Positions 39,967 to 50,434 of a DNA stretch of 64,000 nt are shown here, piece by piece (the stretch's first letter is position 1; every line of letters begins with the position of its first letter). The translations under genes were made by a program, and so were the position numbers. This stretch comes from Calditrichia bacterium. GTDB lineage: Bacteria; Calditrichota; Calditrichia; JAJRVZ01. Under the pieces are notes generated by a model. That model saw only the letters and a list, made by a program, of their open reading frames with translations, had not been told where the DNA came from and made no database searches. The DNA lies in the NCBI GenBank assembly GCA_963777955.1, contig CAVZSQ010000019.1, positions 256,001-320,000 of the forward strand. The letters are read 5' to 3'.

Positions 39967-41562
39967 TCACATCTCCTGCCCTGACGATAAAACAGCAACC
40001 AGTAAACCTCTCTTTTCTGCTTCACGGCGAACCGGTGCCCACCAGCCGATTGGCCGCGACATCACATAATATTTTACCAGATGATCCATATTCTCCGGTT
40101 TAGTCAGGAAGGTAACCGGCAGATAAATCAAGGCACCCAGGATCATTAATAACCAGAATTGCTGGTAATCCGCTAACTCGGGCAGCAGACCAAATTCCGG
40201 TAAAATCCATACCACCAGCCAGCTCAGTCCCAGATTGGCGATCCAGGCTGACAGATAACCCCAGGCATTAAAACGCCACCAGACCACTTGCAGAATATTC
40301 GGCAACCAGATTCCGGCCGCCATAATCCATAAAGCGAAAATTAACCAGGAGGTAATCTCCTCCATCATCAGACCGTAATAGAAGGAACCTATCAGCAGGA
40401 TTAAAGTGGCAATCCGGCCCACCCAGATCAATTCCCGCTGTTTTGCCTGCGGTCTGAAATAGTGGTGATATAAATCCCGTGTGGCGTACATTGCACCCAG
40501 ATTCAAATGAGTGGCAATAGTAGAAATATGAATAGCGATAATCGCCGCGAAGAAGAATCCTATCATCCCCGCCGGCAAATAATCGAAGCCCAGCCGGAAC
40601 CAGCCCATCTCATAATCCGCGGCATTCGTAAGTCCGGGACTGATTACGTAGAAGCCCAGAATGGCCGCCGCCCAGATGGAATTACGGGTAAGCACAAACA
40701 CGGTCCCCCACCAGATACTGTAACTGGCATCCCGAATGGTCCGGTTCGATTGGATGCGCTGTGCCTCCACATACCAGTCAATACTGGTACCCATTCCGAA
40801 GCCCCCCAGTATGGCAATGACCAGCATGGTAATAAACCAGGCCACAGGAAAATTGCCGCTGAACCACCCTGTAAAACCGAAGGGGTTTAAGCGCCATCCT
40901 TCGCCCATCTCAACCAGCTTGCTGACGATATGTGTGGGGCCGCCGGCGGCAATGATGCCCCAGACCGAAACGATCAGGATCACCGCAAAAGCGATCACAC
41001 CCTGCTGGAAATCAGCCATCACCACACCCCAGTAACCGGCTGCCAGTACATAAATGGCACAAATGGATGAGAAGAGTATCAGGCCTATCCACTCATCCCA
41101 ACCGAAAATATAATGGCAGACCTTACCCATGGCAATTCCAACCCAACCCAGGATAAACATATTCATGAACACCTGCCAGCCCGAAATCCAGCCGCGCAAC
41201 ATTTCCGCACCTAATCCGCCAAAACGCAGGGTATTCCATTCCGCCTGCGTATAGGCCAGCGAGCGTCTGAATATCCGGGTAGAGACGAAAGCGCTGATCG
41301 CACACCAGGCCGAAAAAAATGTATACCAGATTCCGGCAAAACCATACCGGTAGATAACTCCGCTAACCCACATGGGGGTATCGGTGGCCGTGTGCGTGGC
41401 ATAAACCGATGAGGCTGGAAGCCACCAGGGTAATCCCCGTCCGGCCAGAAAAAAATCGGATTCTGATCTCTTACCCAGGCGGTAGAATAAAACACCGCAA
41501 CCGGTCATCAGGATTAGAAACAGGATAACCCATAACCAGTCGAGGAATCCAAATTGAACCAT
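39967..41562 (-). CDS. Sodium:solute symporter (SSS) family transporter
   Basis: FFLAGRGLPWW, S..AT....D, Y...AG..GVV.AD..Q, QRI, AII..HISTI, RD.Y, GR; about 13 TM helices. Confidence 0.9.
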   Translation of the reverse strand: MVQFGFLDWLWVILFLILMTGCGVLFYRLGKRSESDFFLAGRGLPWWLPASSVYATHTATDTPMWVSGVIYRYGFAGIWYTFFSAWCAISAFVSTRIFRRSLAYTQAEWNTLRFGGLGAEMLRGWISGWQVFMNMFILGWVGIAMGKVCHYIFGWDEWIGLILFSSICAIYVLAAGYWGVVMADFQQGVIAFAVILIVSVWGIIAAGGPTHIVSKLVEMGEGWRLNPFGFTGWFSGNFPVAWFITMLVIAILGGFGMGTSIDWYVEAQRIQSNRTIRDASYSIWWGTVFVLTRNSIWAAAILGFYVISPGLTNAADYEMGWFRLGFDYLPAGMIGFFFAAIIAIHISTIATHLNLGAMYATRDLYHHYFRPQAKQRELIWVGRIATLILLIGSFYYGLMMEEITSWLIFALWIMAAGIWLPNILQVVWWRFNAWGYLSAWIANLGLSWLVVWILPEFGLLPELADYQQFWLLMILGALIYLPVTFLTKPENMDHLVKYYVMSRPIGWWAPVRREAEKRGLLVAVLSSGQEM

Positions 41563-41674
41563 GCCCTCCTCCCTTCAGGGCCAAAGTAAATCATGATTTC
41601 ACCAGGTGGTGGCAGCGACTTCGCCTGGAATTCATTCATAATGACCGGGCTTGAAAAAAATATCAGTGATTTTA

Positions 41675-42736
41675 CTAATTGCTGGTAGATGACCCGGCTT
41701 CAGCCTGAACCTGGTGCAGTAATTTCCGGACCTGATCTATTTTATCAAATTTATCTTGGTCAGAATAGTTATTATACAATTCAATAATATTCACACATTG
41801 TTGCTGGCAGCGGGTATTATCATTCAGGGCCCGGTAGATTATGGCCAGTTTATATTTGCAATTAAGCAGGTGATTGAGGTTGCGCTGCGGGTCATCCTGG
41901 ATCAATTCAGCCAGAAAAAGGTATTCTTGCTCTGCCAAGGTGTACTCATTACTTTTATAATAAGCATGGGCCAGAGCCCAGCGCATGAACTGGCTGCGGG
42001 GATAATCCGCCACCAATTGCCGGCCATAAACGATTGCCTGGTCATTCCAACCATAATCCAGCAGTATGTAAACCAGTTGATGTTTAGCCAGATCGCGGCT
42101 TAAACAATCTGAGTCGGCCGTCTTTTTAATCAAGCGGATTCCCTGCTCCCGGTCATCGGGAAAGAAAGGCAGCCAGGAAATAAAACTTAATTTGCTTCTG
42201 CGCCAGTATTTATAAGTACCGATCCCCAGGTAAGCATCATACATGGTCGTGTCGGCATTAACAGCCTCCTGTAAATAATCCGTTGCTTTCAAACCGTTCG
42301 ACAATGCAGCGAACCATTTTCCATTTCTACCCTGATTATAAGCACGGTACCCGTAGGCACTGCCCAGGTAAAATCTGTACTGGCTCAATCCCACCGTATC
42401 AGGCAGGTTTTCAAAACGCATCTTTTGCTGGATTATTTTTATGGTCCTGTCGATGGCCTGATCAAATTGATCTTGCCCGTCCTGATTTTCAAAGTGGACC
42501 ATACGCGAATTTAAGGCAGCTGCCAGGTAAAAGTGAGCACGATAATCCTGCGGCCGCTGGTTAATTTCATGCCGGTACAGTTTTAAGGCTTGTTCAAAAT
42601 CGGTATTAATGATATAAGTAATACCGGTTTTAATCCATTCCTGGGCCGGCACTGAAGATAAAAGACCAAAGATTAAAGAAAAAAGAAACAATCTAAATTT
42701 TCCGTACCGGTAAGCTGAAAGAGTATTTATTTGCAT
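41675..42736 (-). CDS. Exported tetratricopeptide-repeat protein
   Basis: Signal peptide; FYLGSAYGY, YDAYLGIGTYKYW, DREQGI; helical repeats. Confidence 0.75.
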   Translation of the reverse strand: MQINTLSAYRYGKFRLFLFSLIFGLLSSVPAQEWIKTGITYIINTDFEQALKLYRHEINQRPQDYRAHFYLAAALNSRMVHFENQDGQDQFDQAIDRTIKIIQQKMRFENLPDTVGLSQYRFYLGSAYGYRAYNQGRNGKWFAALSNGLKATDYLQEAVNADTTMYDAYLGIGTYKYWRRSKLSFISWLPFFPDDREQGIRLIKKTADSDCLSRDLAKHQLVYILLDYGWNDQAIVYGRQLVADYPRSQFMRWALAHAYYKSNEYTLAEQEYLFLAELIQDDPQRNLNHLLNCKYKLAIIYRALNDNTRCQQQCVNIIELYNNYSDQDKFDKIDQVRKLLHQVQAEAGSSTSN

Positions 42737-42898
42737 GTTTAGAGAAATGCCTCTTTAAAAAGAATAAATCTGTGCATGTTTTTTTCAGGTTAGTTTAAAG
42801 AAAGCGGTTTTTAAATGCAAGTCAAAAGCAGGAGGTGAATTGCTGCCGGCCGGAGCTGGAATTAATGGATCGAAAGGGCTTGCGGGTTCTAAATCCGC

Positions 42899-43915
42899 CT
42901 AGCGTTTCATTAAAATACGTTTATAAAAATGGAAGTCATTCAATATTTTTTTAGTACCTTCTGCAACCGTATACAGGGCATTGTCAGCCACATGAACCGG
43001 TAACATGGTGCGGGTGCTGATCAGTTCATCCAATCCTCTCAATAAGGATCCTCCGCCGGTCAGGATGATGCCCCGCTCCAGGATATCATTTAACAAATCC
43101 AACGGCAACTTTTCGATCGTATTAACCACCGCTGAAATCATAATTTCAACTATATCCTTGAGAGCTTCGATAAAGATACTGTTGCTGACTATCAGTTGCC
43201 GCGGCAGACCGCTAGCCACATCCAGGCCTTTGACCACCACGGTTTTACTATTATATTTTTCCAGGACTGTTCCATATTCGATCTTAAGTCGTTCAGCCGT
43301 CGATTCACCGATGCGCATATGAAATTTTGACTTGAAATAGCGGACAATAGCTTCATTCATTTCGTCACCGGCGATCCGTATCGTACTATCGACTACGATT
43401 CCCCCGTAGGCAATCACTGCGATGTCGGTCGTACCACCGCCAATATCAACGATCATGTGCCCCTGCTTGCCCATGACATTGAGTCCCACTCCCACTGCTG
43501 CTGCCATGGGTTCGGCGATTAAAAATACTTCTCTTGCTCCAGCCCTTTCTCCGGATTCAATTACAGCAATTTTTTCGACTGCGGTAATGCCGGTAGGTAC
43601 ACCCATGATTACCTTGCCGATCATATAGCGGGGCACCGCTGCACTGCGGATAAATGCCTTGACCATTTCCTCACCTGCTAAAAAATCGGCAATCACTCCA
43701 TCGGCCAGAGGTCGTATTACCCTGATCAGTTCGCCTGTTTTGCCCAGCATTTCTTTAGCTCGGGTGCCATAGGCGATGACATCTGAGTGCTTATTGAAAG
43801 CAATAAACGAGGGCTGATCGACCACATACCCTTTCTTATCATCATAGATGACCGTATTGGCGGTACCCAGATCGATGCCGAGATTGTTAAAAATATGATT
43901 GAAAATATTATACAT
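42899..43915 (-). CDS. mreB: Rod shape-determining protein MreB-like actin homologue (orphan paralogue)
   Basis: GIDLGTANT, RPLADGVIADF, EPMAAA, VDIGGGTTD, LTGGGSLL. Start reassigned to ATG 43915. Confidence 0.88.
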   Translation of the reverse strand: MYNIFNHIFNNLGIDLGTANTVIYDDKKGYVVDQPSFIAFNKHSDVIAYGTRAKEMLGKTGELIRVIRPLADGVIADFLAGEEMVKAFIRSAAVPRYMIGKVIMGVPTGITAVEKIAVIESGERAGAREVFLIAEPMAAAVGVGLNVMGKQGHMIVDIGGGTTDIAVIAYGGIVVDSTIRIAGDEMNEAIVRYFKSKFHMRIGESTAERLKIEYGTVLEKYNSKTVVVKGLDVASGLPRQLIVSNSIFIEALKDIVEIMISAVVNTIEKLPLDLLNDILERGIILTGGGSLLRGLDELISTRTMLPVHVADNALYTVAEGTKKILNDFHFYKRILMKR

Positions 43916-44026
43916 CCCTTTTTCCCGCTTACCACCCGGAGTTTTGATCTCCGGGTATTCCTCTTCATCCATTATCGGCATATTAATGAAAAGTTCAATT
44001 ATTTTTTTAAAATAGGTCTTCGAGGT

Positions 44027-44068
44027 AAAAAAAAAGGGTGACCGGATAGCTGGATCCAATCACCCTTT
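44027..44068 (-). terminator. Rho-independent terminator of rpsA
   Basis: Minus strand AAAGGGTGA.ttGGAT-loop-ATCCgg.TCACCC followed by a T9 run. Confidence 0.85.
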
Positions 44069-44085
44069 AATCTGGTTGCCGGAAC

Positions 44086-46136
44086 CTATTCTGCTGTCTT
44101 TTCTTCCGTTTTTTCTTCGCTTGCTTCCGCTGCTTCCTTGGAATCTTTTTCTTTCTCTTTGGCAGTTTCTTTTTTAGCGGCACGTTTGGCGGTTGTTTTG
44201 CCTTCGGCTTTTTCCTTTTTCTCTTTAGCAGTAGTGGTGGTTTTGGTTTTGGCTTTAGGCTTTTCTGTTTCGGCAGGTTCGGCCACAGCAACAGTTGCAG
44301 CAACTTCCTGTTTCGGTTCCTCTTTTAATAATTCTTCAATATTCGTTTTCTCTACCCCCTGCTTGCTGAGGTAGTCCTCTAATTCCTGCTGTTCCTTATC
44401 CTTGAAATAATTTATAACCGACAGGACTATCTTTTTGTTCTCTTTATCAAATTCGATGACCTTGGCCGGTACTTCATCGCCAACTTTATAATATTCAATA
44501 GCTTTTTAAGCTGGTCTTGTCCTCCCAGATGCGTACTCGGAATAAAACCATCCACTCCGAGCGGCAGGGTCACGATCACTCCCTTATCGATTATCCGTGA
44601 AACGACACCGCTGGTTTCGGTATCAATTTTATATTTCTCCTGAAAGGTATCCCAGGGGTTTTCCTCTACCTGTTTATGACCCAGAGCGATGCGTCGTTCT
44701 TCCCGGTTGATACCCAGAACTATTACATCGATCTCATCCCCTTTTTTAACCACTTCGCTGGGATGGCGGATTTTTTTGGTCCAGGAAAGATCGGAAATAT
44801 GCACCAGCCCATCAATACCTTCTTCCAATTCGACGAATGCACCGAATTGCGTCAGGTTGCGGACGATGCCTTTATGTTTGGAATTGATCGGAAATTTACC
44901 TTCGACTTGATCCCAGGGATCCGGTTCAAGTTGCTTCAAACCGAGGGAAATTTTTTTATCGGTCGTTTCAATATTCAGGATCTTCGCTTCCACTTCCTGT
45001 CCCACATGCAGCAACTGGCTGGGATGCTTGATATGTTGCGACCAGGACATCTCGGAGATATGGATCAGACCTTCGATACCATTTTCCAATTCAATAAATG
45101 CACCATAATCGGTAATACTTACTACCTTGCCGGTAATCACCTTTCCCACCGGGTATTTTTTCTCGATATTTTCCCAGGGGTGAGGCAGCAATTGTTTACG
45201 GCCAAGTGAAATTCGGTCTTTATGTTCGTTAAAATCAAGAATCACCACATCTATTTCTTGATCCAGTTTCACAATTTCCGATGGGTGGCTGACCCGGCCC
45301 CAGCTGAGATCGGTGATATGCAGCAGTCCGTCTACTCCGCCCAGATCGATGAATACTCCAAAATCGGTGATATTTTTCACCATGCCCTTGCGTACCTGGC
45401 CCTTTTCGATGGTTTTAATAATGTCAGAGCGGTGACTTTCCATCTTCTTTTCGATCAATATACGGGATGATACGACGATATTACGTCGGGCATGATTTAC
45501 TTTAACGATCTTGAATTCCAGTTCCTTGCCCAGATATTCATCAAAATCGCGGATGGGTTTTACATCTATCTGCGAACCGGGCAGGAAAGCATCTACTCCA
45601 TTCAGATTAACTACCATACCACCTTTAATACGACGGGTAATGGTACCGCTGATGCTTTCATCTTTCTCATACTTTTCCACGACCTTTTCCCATACCCGGA
45701 TAAAATCAGCCCGCTTGCGGGAAAGTATCAATTGTCCGTTGGGATCCTCCAGATTTTCCAGAAAAACCTCAATCTGATCACCCACTTTAAGGTCTTTAAC
45801 ATTATCAAATTCGGCAATGGGCAGAACCCCTTCAGATTTGAAGCCTATATCGACTATAACTTCATTATCGGTAATGCCGAGCACCCTGCCCTTTACAATA
45901 TCCCCTTGTGTGATGGTATGCAAAGTCCGGTTGTACATCTGGGTCAGCATACTCAATTCTTCTGCGGAATAACCCAGTTCCTTGCCAATTTCCTCGGTGG
46001 TTGTCATCCCACCTGCTGTACTTGCATTACCCGGATTTGCTGCCGGTGCTTGAGTACTTCCCTCCCGGCCTTCCGGCCAGCTTTTTTCCTTTAACATGTT
46101 TGAATCGTTCATCTGTCCTTTTTGTTCATCAGCCAT
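44086..46136 (-). CDS. rpsA: 30S ribosomal protein S1 with N-terminal extension and K/E/A-rich C-terminal tail (one base missing at A5, 44503-44507)
   Basis: Six S1 repeats (DIGFKSEG, AFLPGSQ, DGLLHITDLSW, EGLIHISEMSW, DGLVHISDLSW, DGFIP). The shifted frame continues KVIEFDKENKKIVLS... to the stop at 44086. Confidence 0.93.
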
Positions 46137-46330
46137 TTAAAATAGTACCTCCTGACTACCTACAGAATTATAAATCCGCATGCGGATCTTCTATCAGTAT
46201 AAGCCGGTTAATTTAAGACAATTATATTTTGCCCACAACATTTTTCATGGATATTTCAACAAACAGGATCCTTAATTAGAAACCGAGGATATTTGCTTGC
46301 TCAGGATCAGTTTATCAGCAGGGGGTGAAA

Positions 46331-47035
46331 TCAGGTTGAAGAATCCCTGTCACATCTTTGCCTGTCCCTGACTAACTCCAGCACTTTTTCCACCTGCTGG
46401 TCGATGGATAAAGAGGAGGTATCGATGACCAGAGCATCGCCGGCCTTTTTTAGCGGTGCAATCTCACGTGAAGAGTCCAGGCGATCACGTTGTTTAATTT
46501 CTTTTTCGATGTCCCGCAAATCTGCTTTTATTCCCCGCCCGTGTAATTCTTTATGACGCCGTTGGGCCCTGTTTTTAAGATCGGCCTGCATGAAGATCTT
46601 GATTTCAGCATCCGGTAAGACCACCGTGCCAATATCCCGTCCATCCATGACTATGCCGCCTGCGGCAGCCAGCCGGCGTTGTTTTTCTACCATTATGCTA
46701 CGCACCCCCCGGTAAGCCGATATTTTGCTGATCAGTTCATCTACCTGAGGATGCCGGATTTCCGCCGTTACATCCCTGCCATCGATCAATGTCCGCAGTT
46801 TGTCGGGCAGATAGTCAAATTTAATATCCAGGCGCCGGGCCAGGGTTACAACCTGTTCTTCGTCATCACTATCCACATTTTCGAGTATGATATAATAAGT
46901 CAGAGCCCGGTACATTGCACCGCTATCAATATAGGTATAACCCAATCTGCGGGCTACTCTTTGAGCGGTTGTACTTTTTCCTGATGCAGCTGGTCCATCA
47001 ATGGCGATTTTATATTTTTTTTCTGCCGGTATCAT
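46331..47035 (-). CDS. cmk: Cytidylate kinase
   Basis: IAIDGPAASGKST, DSGAMYRA, MDGRDIGTVV, RDRLDSSR..PL; ATGA overlap with rluB. Confidence 0.95.
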   Translation of the reverse strand: MIPAEKKYKIAIDGPAASGKSTTAQRVARRLGYTYIDSGAMYRALTYYIILENVDSDDEEQVVTLARRLDIKFDYLPDKLRTLIDGRDVTAEIRHPQVDELISKISAYRGVRSIMVEKQRRLAAAGGIVMDGRDIGTVVLPDAEIKIFMQADLKNRAQRRHKELHGRGIKADLRDIEKEIKQRDRLDSSREIAPLKKAGDALVIDTSSLSIDQQVEKVLELVRDRQRCDRDSST

Positions 47036-47757
47036 TCTATGGGGGTGGCAATATATTTTTTCAACATGGTAATTTCTCTCTTGGTCAGATATCTCCATTC
47101 GCCCCGCCGTAAACCGGACAGGATTAAAGGTCCGAACGCAATCCTTTCCAGGCGCCGGACACGGTATCCCAGCAATTCAAACATTCTCCTGATCTGACGG
47201 TTACGGCCTTCATGGAGTTCCACTTCAACAAAACTGGCGTTATCAATAACCCGGATTTCCTGTAACTTACACGGTGCTGTTTTTTGACCATCCAGTTCTA
47301 TTCCATGTTCAAAAGCATATTTGGAAACAGGTTTTAGTTTTTTATCCAGCATCACATGATATTTTTTAGGAATTTTATAGCGGGGATGAATCAGGGCATT
47401 AGTCAGCATACCGTCATTGGTTACCAGCAGCAGCCCGCTGGTATCCGAATCCAGGCGTCCCACCGGATAGATGCGCTTTTTTGAGGGGATCAAGTCCATT
47501 ACGGTTTTACGTTCATACTCATCCCGGGCGGTAGTCATGACCCCTTTCGGCTTATTTAAGATAATATAAATGTACTGCTCCGGCAGTGAAACAGGCTTGT
47601 CTTTGAATTCTACCCGGTCCTTATTTTCATCAATACGCACACCCACCTGGTCAATGATTTCACCATTCACCTTGATCATTCTGGCCATGATCAGATCGTC
47701 ACATCTGCGCCGCGAATCGATCCCGGCCAGCGACAGATATTTATTCAGCCTCATCAT
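47032..47757 (-). CDS. rluB: rRNA pseudouridine synthase, RluB/RsuA family
   Basis: S4 domain RLNKYLS..SRR, NKPKG, PVGRLDSDTSGLLL, EGRNRQIRRM; located in the scpAB-cmk block. Confidence 0.88.
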   Translation of the reverse strand: MMRLNKYLSLAGIDSRRRCDDLIMARMIKVNGEIIDQVGVRIDENKDRVEFKDKPVSLPEQYIYIILNKPKGVMTTARDEYERKTVMDLIPSKKRIYPVGRLDSDTSGLLLVTNDGMLTNALIHPRYKIPKKYHVMLDKKLKPVSKYAFEHGIELDGQKTAPCKLQEIRVIDNASFVEVELHEGRNRQIRRMFELLGYRVRRLERIAFGPLILSGLRRGEWRYLTKREITMLKKYIATPIE

Positions 47758-47777
47758 CGGCAGTTTCTTCTTCCTGG

Positions 47778-48626
47778 TCAGCGGGCAGTCTCTTGCTGCT
47801 TTTTATCGGTTTGATCCTGTAGCGGGGATTCTTCTGAATTATCTACAGGTTCTGCTGCAGATTCTTCAACCTGTCCGGCTGACTCTTCAGCAGGTTGAAT
47901 TTTTTCCTGCTGTTCTTCCTGACTTGCCGTACCGTCCGGGCGAGCCTGTTCAAAAACGATTAATGGAATCTGTTTCCCGGCCTGTACGTCGGGCGTACCT
48001 GCCTCCCCGTTCAATTCTTCAGGATTTTTAAGTCCCAATGATTCCGGAGCAAGTTGATGCACGGCAACCTGATCGAGACTTTCCAGAAATTTATCATCGG
48101 CCTTCAGTAATTCGTCTATTTCCTTCAACTTGGGCAGAGCCTCCAGCGAATTCAAAGCAAAGTATTCCAGAAAGTACCTGGTGGTACCGTACAGTAGTGG
48201 ACTGCCCGGTGCTTTTTGCCTTCCTTCGATGGTGATCAAATTTCGTTCCAGCAGCGTTTTCATGACCGCATCGACATTTACACCGCGTATCGATTCAATC
48301 TCCTGTTTGGTTATCGGTTGCTTGTAGGCCACAATGGATAATGTTTCCAGAGCTCGCTGGGTCAGACGGGCTGCAGATCTGCCCTTATACAATTTTTGCA
48401 GGAAGGGAGCATATTCTTCGCGGGTGACCATCAGATAACCGCCGGCGATCTCGATGATTTTTAAGGCATTACCCCCTGACTCGTATTGCTGGTTCAGATA
48501 ATTGACAGCCTCCCGGATTTCTTTGATACCGGTACCGGAAATCAATTCTTTGCATTTCTGCTGAGTTAAGGGGGTGTCACTGGCAAATAACATGGCTTCT
48601 AAAATTCGATGTAAATTGTCACGCAT
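47778..48626 (-). CDS. scpB: SMC-Scp complex subunit ScpB with acidic disordered tail
   Basis: EAMLFA, IAGGY, ALETLSIVAYKQPIT, IRGV, YGTT..FL..F.L..L..LP. Confidence 0.93.
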   Translation of the reverse strand: MRDNLHRILEAMLFASDTPLTQQKCKELISGTGIKEIREAVNYLNQQYESGGNALKIIEIAGGYLMVTREEYAPFLQKLYKGRSAARLTQRALETLSIVAYKQPITKQEIESIRGVNVDAVMKTLLERNLITIEGRQKAPGSPLLYGTTRYFLEYFALNSLEALPKLKEIDELLKADDKFLESLDQVAVHQLAPESLGLKNPEELNGEAGTPDVQAGKQIPLIVFEQARPDGTASQEEQQEKIQPAEESAGQVEESAAEPVDNSEESPLQDQTDKKQQETAR

Positions 48627-48671
48627 CTTGTTTATTCACTCAACTGTAAAATTATTCGGATAAAGCTCCAC

Positions 48672-49394
48672 TTATTCATTTCTTAATTGAATTCTGATAT
48701 CCTCAAATAATTCAGACTGACTGACCAGAATCCTTCTGGCTTTGATCATTTCCAGCAGGGCCACGAAGGTTACAATCACGAAAATTCTTTCTTTGAAATC
48801 CCTGACCAGTTCACTGAATAGCATCATGGTTTTTTGCTGTAACTGCTGCAGTATAAACCCGGTTTGTTGTTCAATAGTTACTTCAATACGCCGAACTTCA
48901 TGGTAGGTTACTTTCGGCATATTATCCAGCGCTTTTTTAAAAGCTAACAATAAATCAAATAAAGATACATCCTGTAAAAATTCTTCTGTAGAAACTTCTT
49001 CCTTGCCAACCGGGGCTGGCAAGTACGGACGATTGAACAGCAAGCGCCTTTTATCTTCCAGGTCGCCCATTTCAGTGGCAGCCAGTTTGAAACGCTGGTA
49101 TTCGATTAACCGTTGCACCAGTTCGGTACGTGGATCTTCAATTTCATCTTCGCTGATCCCGACCGGCAGCGGTAATAACAGGCGAGCCTTGATATTCATT
49201 AAGATGGCTACCATCTCGATGAATTCACCCGCAATTTCCAAATCCAGTAATTTGATCAACTCCACATATTCCAGGAATTGCTCGGTGATCTCATGGATAG
49301 GGATATCATAGATATCCACTTCATTCTTTTTAATTAAGAAGAGCAGCAGATCGAAGGGACCTTCAAAAATGTCAAGTTTGATACGATAGGTCAT
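48672..49394 (-). CDS. scpA: Segregation and condensation protein ScpA
   Basis: FEGPFDLLLFLI, DIYDIPI..IT.Q, EDPR.ELV.RL.EY, TFVALLE. Confidence 0.95.
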   Translation of the reverse strand: MTYRIKLDIFEGPFDLLLFLIKKNEVDIYDIPIHEITEQFLEYVELIKLLDLEIAGEFIEMVAILMNIKARLLLPLPVGISEDEIEDPRTELVQRLIEYQRFKLAATEMGDLEDKRRLLFNRPYLPAPVGKEEVSTEEFLQDVSLFDLLLAFKKALDNMPKVTYHEVRRIEVTIEQQTGFILQQLQQKTMMLFSELVRDFKERIFVIVTFVALLEMIKARRILVSQSELFEDIRIQLRNE

Positions 49395-49395
49395 T

Positions 49396-50373
49396 TCAGC
49401 CCATTTTCATAGCCTGGTGTACTTCAGCCATGGTCTGTTGTGCCACCCGCCGTGCTTTTTGGATCCCGGCCGCGATGATATCCTCGACCTCTTCCCGATG
49501 GTTTTCATAATAAGCCCTTTTTTCGCGGTGCGCAGCAAAAAAAAGCCCCAATTTTTTGGCACAATTCTTTTTGCATTCCACGCACCCCAGGGCGCCGCTG
49601 ATACAATCCTGCCGTATCTGCGGTTCCTCCAGTGCATTGAATTTCCGGTGATACCAGTAGACATTACAAATATCGGGATGCCCCGGATCATTCCGCCGCA
49701 CTTTTTGCGGATCGGTAATGGCATTCCGTACCTTGTTATAAATCTCCTGCTCCCCTTCGGACATTAAAATATAATTATCGTTGGATTTTCCCATTTTACG
49801 GCCATCAAGACCGGGCAGACGCGGAAAAGTCGTCAGTTTGGCCTCAGGTTCGACAAAAACTTCGGCATAAGTCGAATTGAACTTGCGGGCAATTTCCCTG
49901 GTTATTTCCACATGCGGCACCTGATCTTCGCCCACCGGTACCAGGTTGGCTTTATACATCAGGATATCAGCAGCCTGTAACACCGGATAACCCAGATGTC
50001 CATAGGAAATATTCTCAGCATTAAGATCCCGCACCTGTTCCTTAAGAGTAGGATTACGCTCCAGACGGGCCGTGGTGATCAGCATGGAAAAAATCAAGTG
50101 TAATTCTGCATGCTCCTTAATCTGTGATTGGATGAATATCGGGTTTTCCGGCCGGAGGCCCGCACTTAACCAGTCAATAATCATCTCCCGGGTACTCTCC
50201 TGAATCCCAAAGGCAGCCTGAACATCAGTGGTCAGAACATGCCAATCAGCCACAAAGAAATAATTTTCATACTCGTTCTGTAATTTTAACCAGTTTTCCA
50301 GTGCTCCGGCATAATTACCCAGATGTAATTTACCGGAAGGACGCATACCGCTCAGGATTCTTTTAGATGGCAT
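49396..50373 (-). CDS. trpS: Tryptophan--tRNA ligase
   Basis: SGMRPSGKLHLGN, YPVLQAADI, VPVGEDQ, KMGKS. Confidence 0.96.
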   Translation of the reverse strand: MPSKRILSGMRPSGKLHLGNYAGALENWLKLQNEYENYFFVADWHVLTTDVQAAFGIQESTREMIIDWLSAGLRPENPIFIQSQIKEHAELHLIFSMLITTARLERNPTLKEQVRDLNAENISYGHLGYPVLQAADILMYKANLVPVGEDQVPHVEITREIARKFNSTYAEVFVEPEAKLTTFPRLPGLDGRKMGKSNDNYILMSEGEQEIYNKVRNAITDPQKVRRNDPGHPDICNVYWYHRKFNALEEPQIRQDCISGALGCVECKKNCAKKLGLFFAAHREKRAYYENHREEVEDIIAAGIQKARRVAQQTMAEVHQAMKMG

Positions 50374-50434
50374 GGGGATTTATTTCCTTTCAATCTCGCT
50401 GTCTTGCTGTCTCATTTATCACTACCGATCACTC

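Noticed and set aside
43916..44059. N-terminal extension of MreB given by the ORF track
   Set aside because: It runs through the rpsA terminator; the conserved sequence starts at ATG 43915. ORF-track extensions of cmk, alaX, SatD and Rrf2 were trimmed likewise.
44676..46094. Long plus-strand ORFs antisense to rpsA (and similar ones opposite rpoN, hslU, dacB, htpG)
   Set aside because: Shadow ORFs of well-conserved genes with no motifs or RBS support.
49780..49800. TrpRS KMGKS instead of KMSKS as a sign of altered function
   Set aside because: A single substitution within the known variability of this loop; all other motifs are intact.
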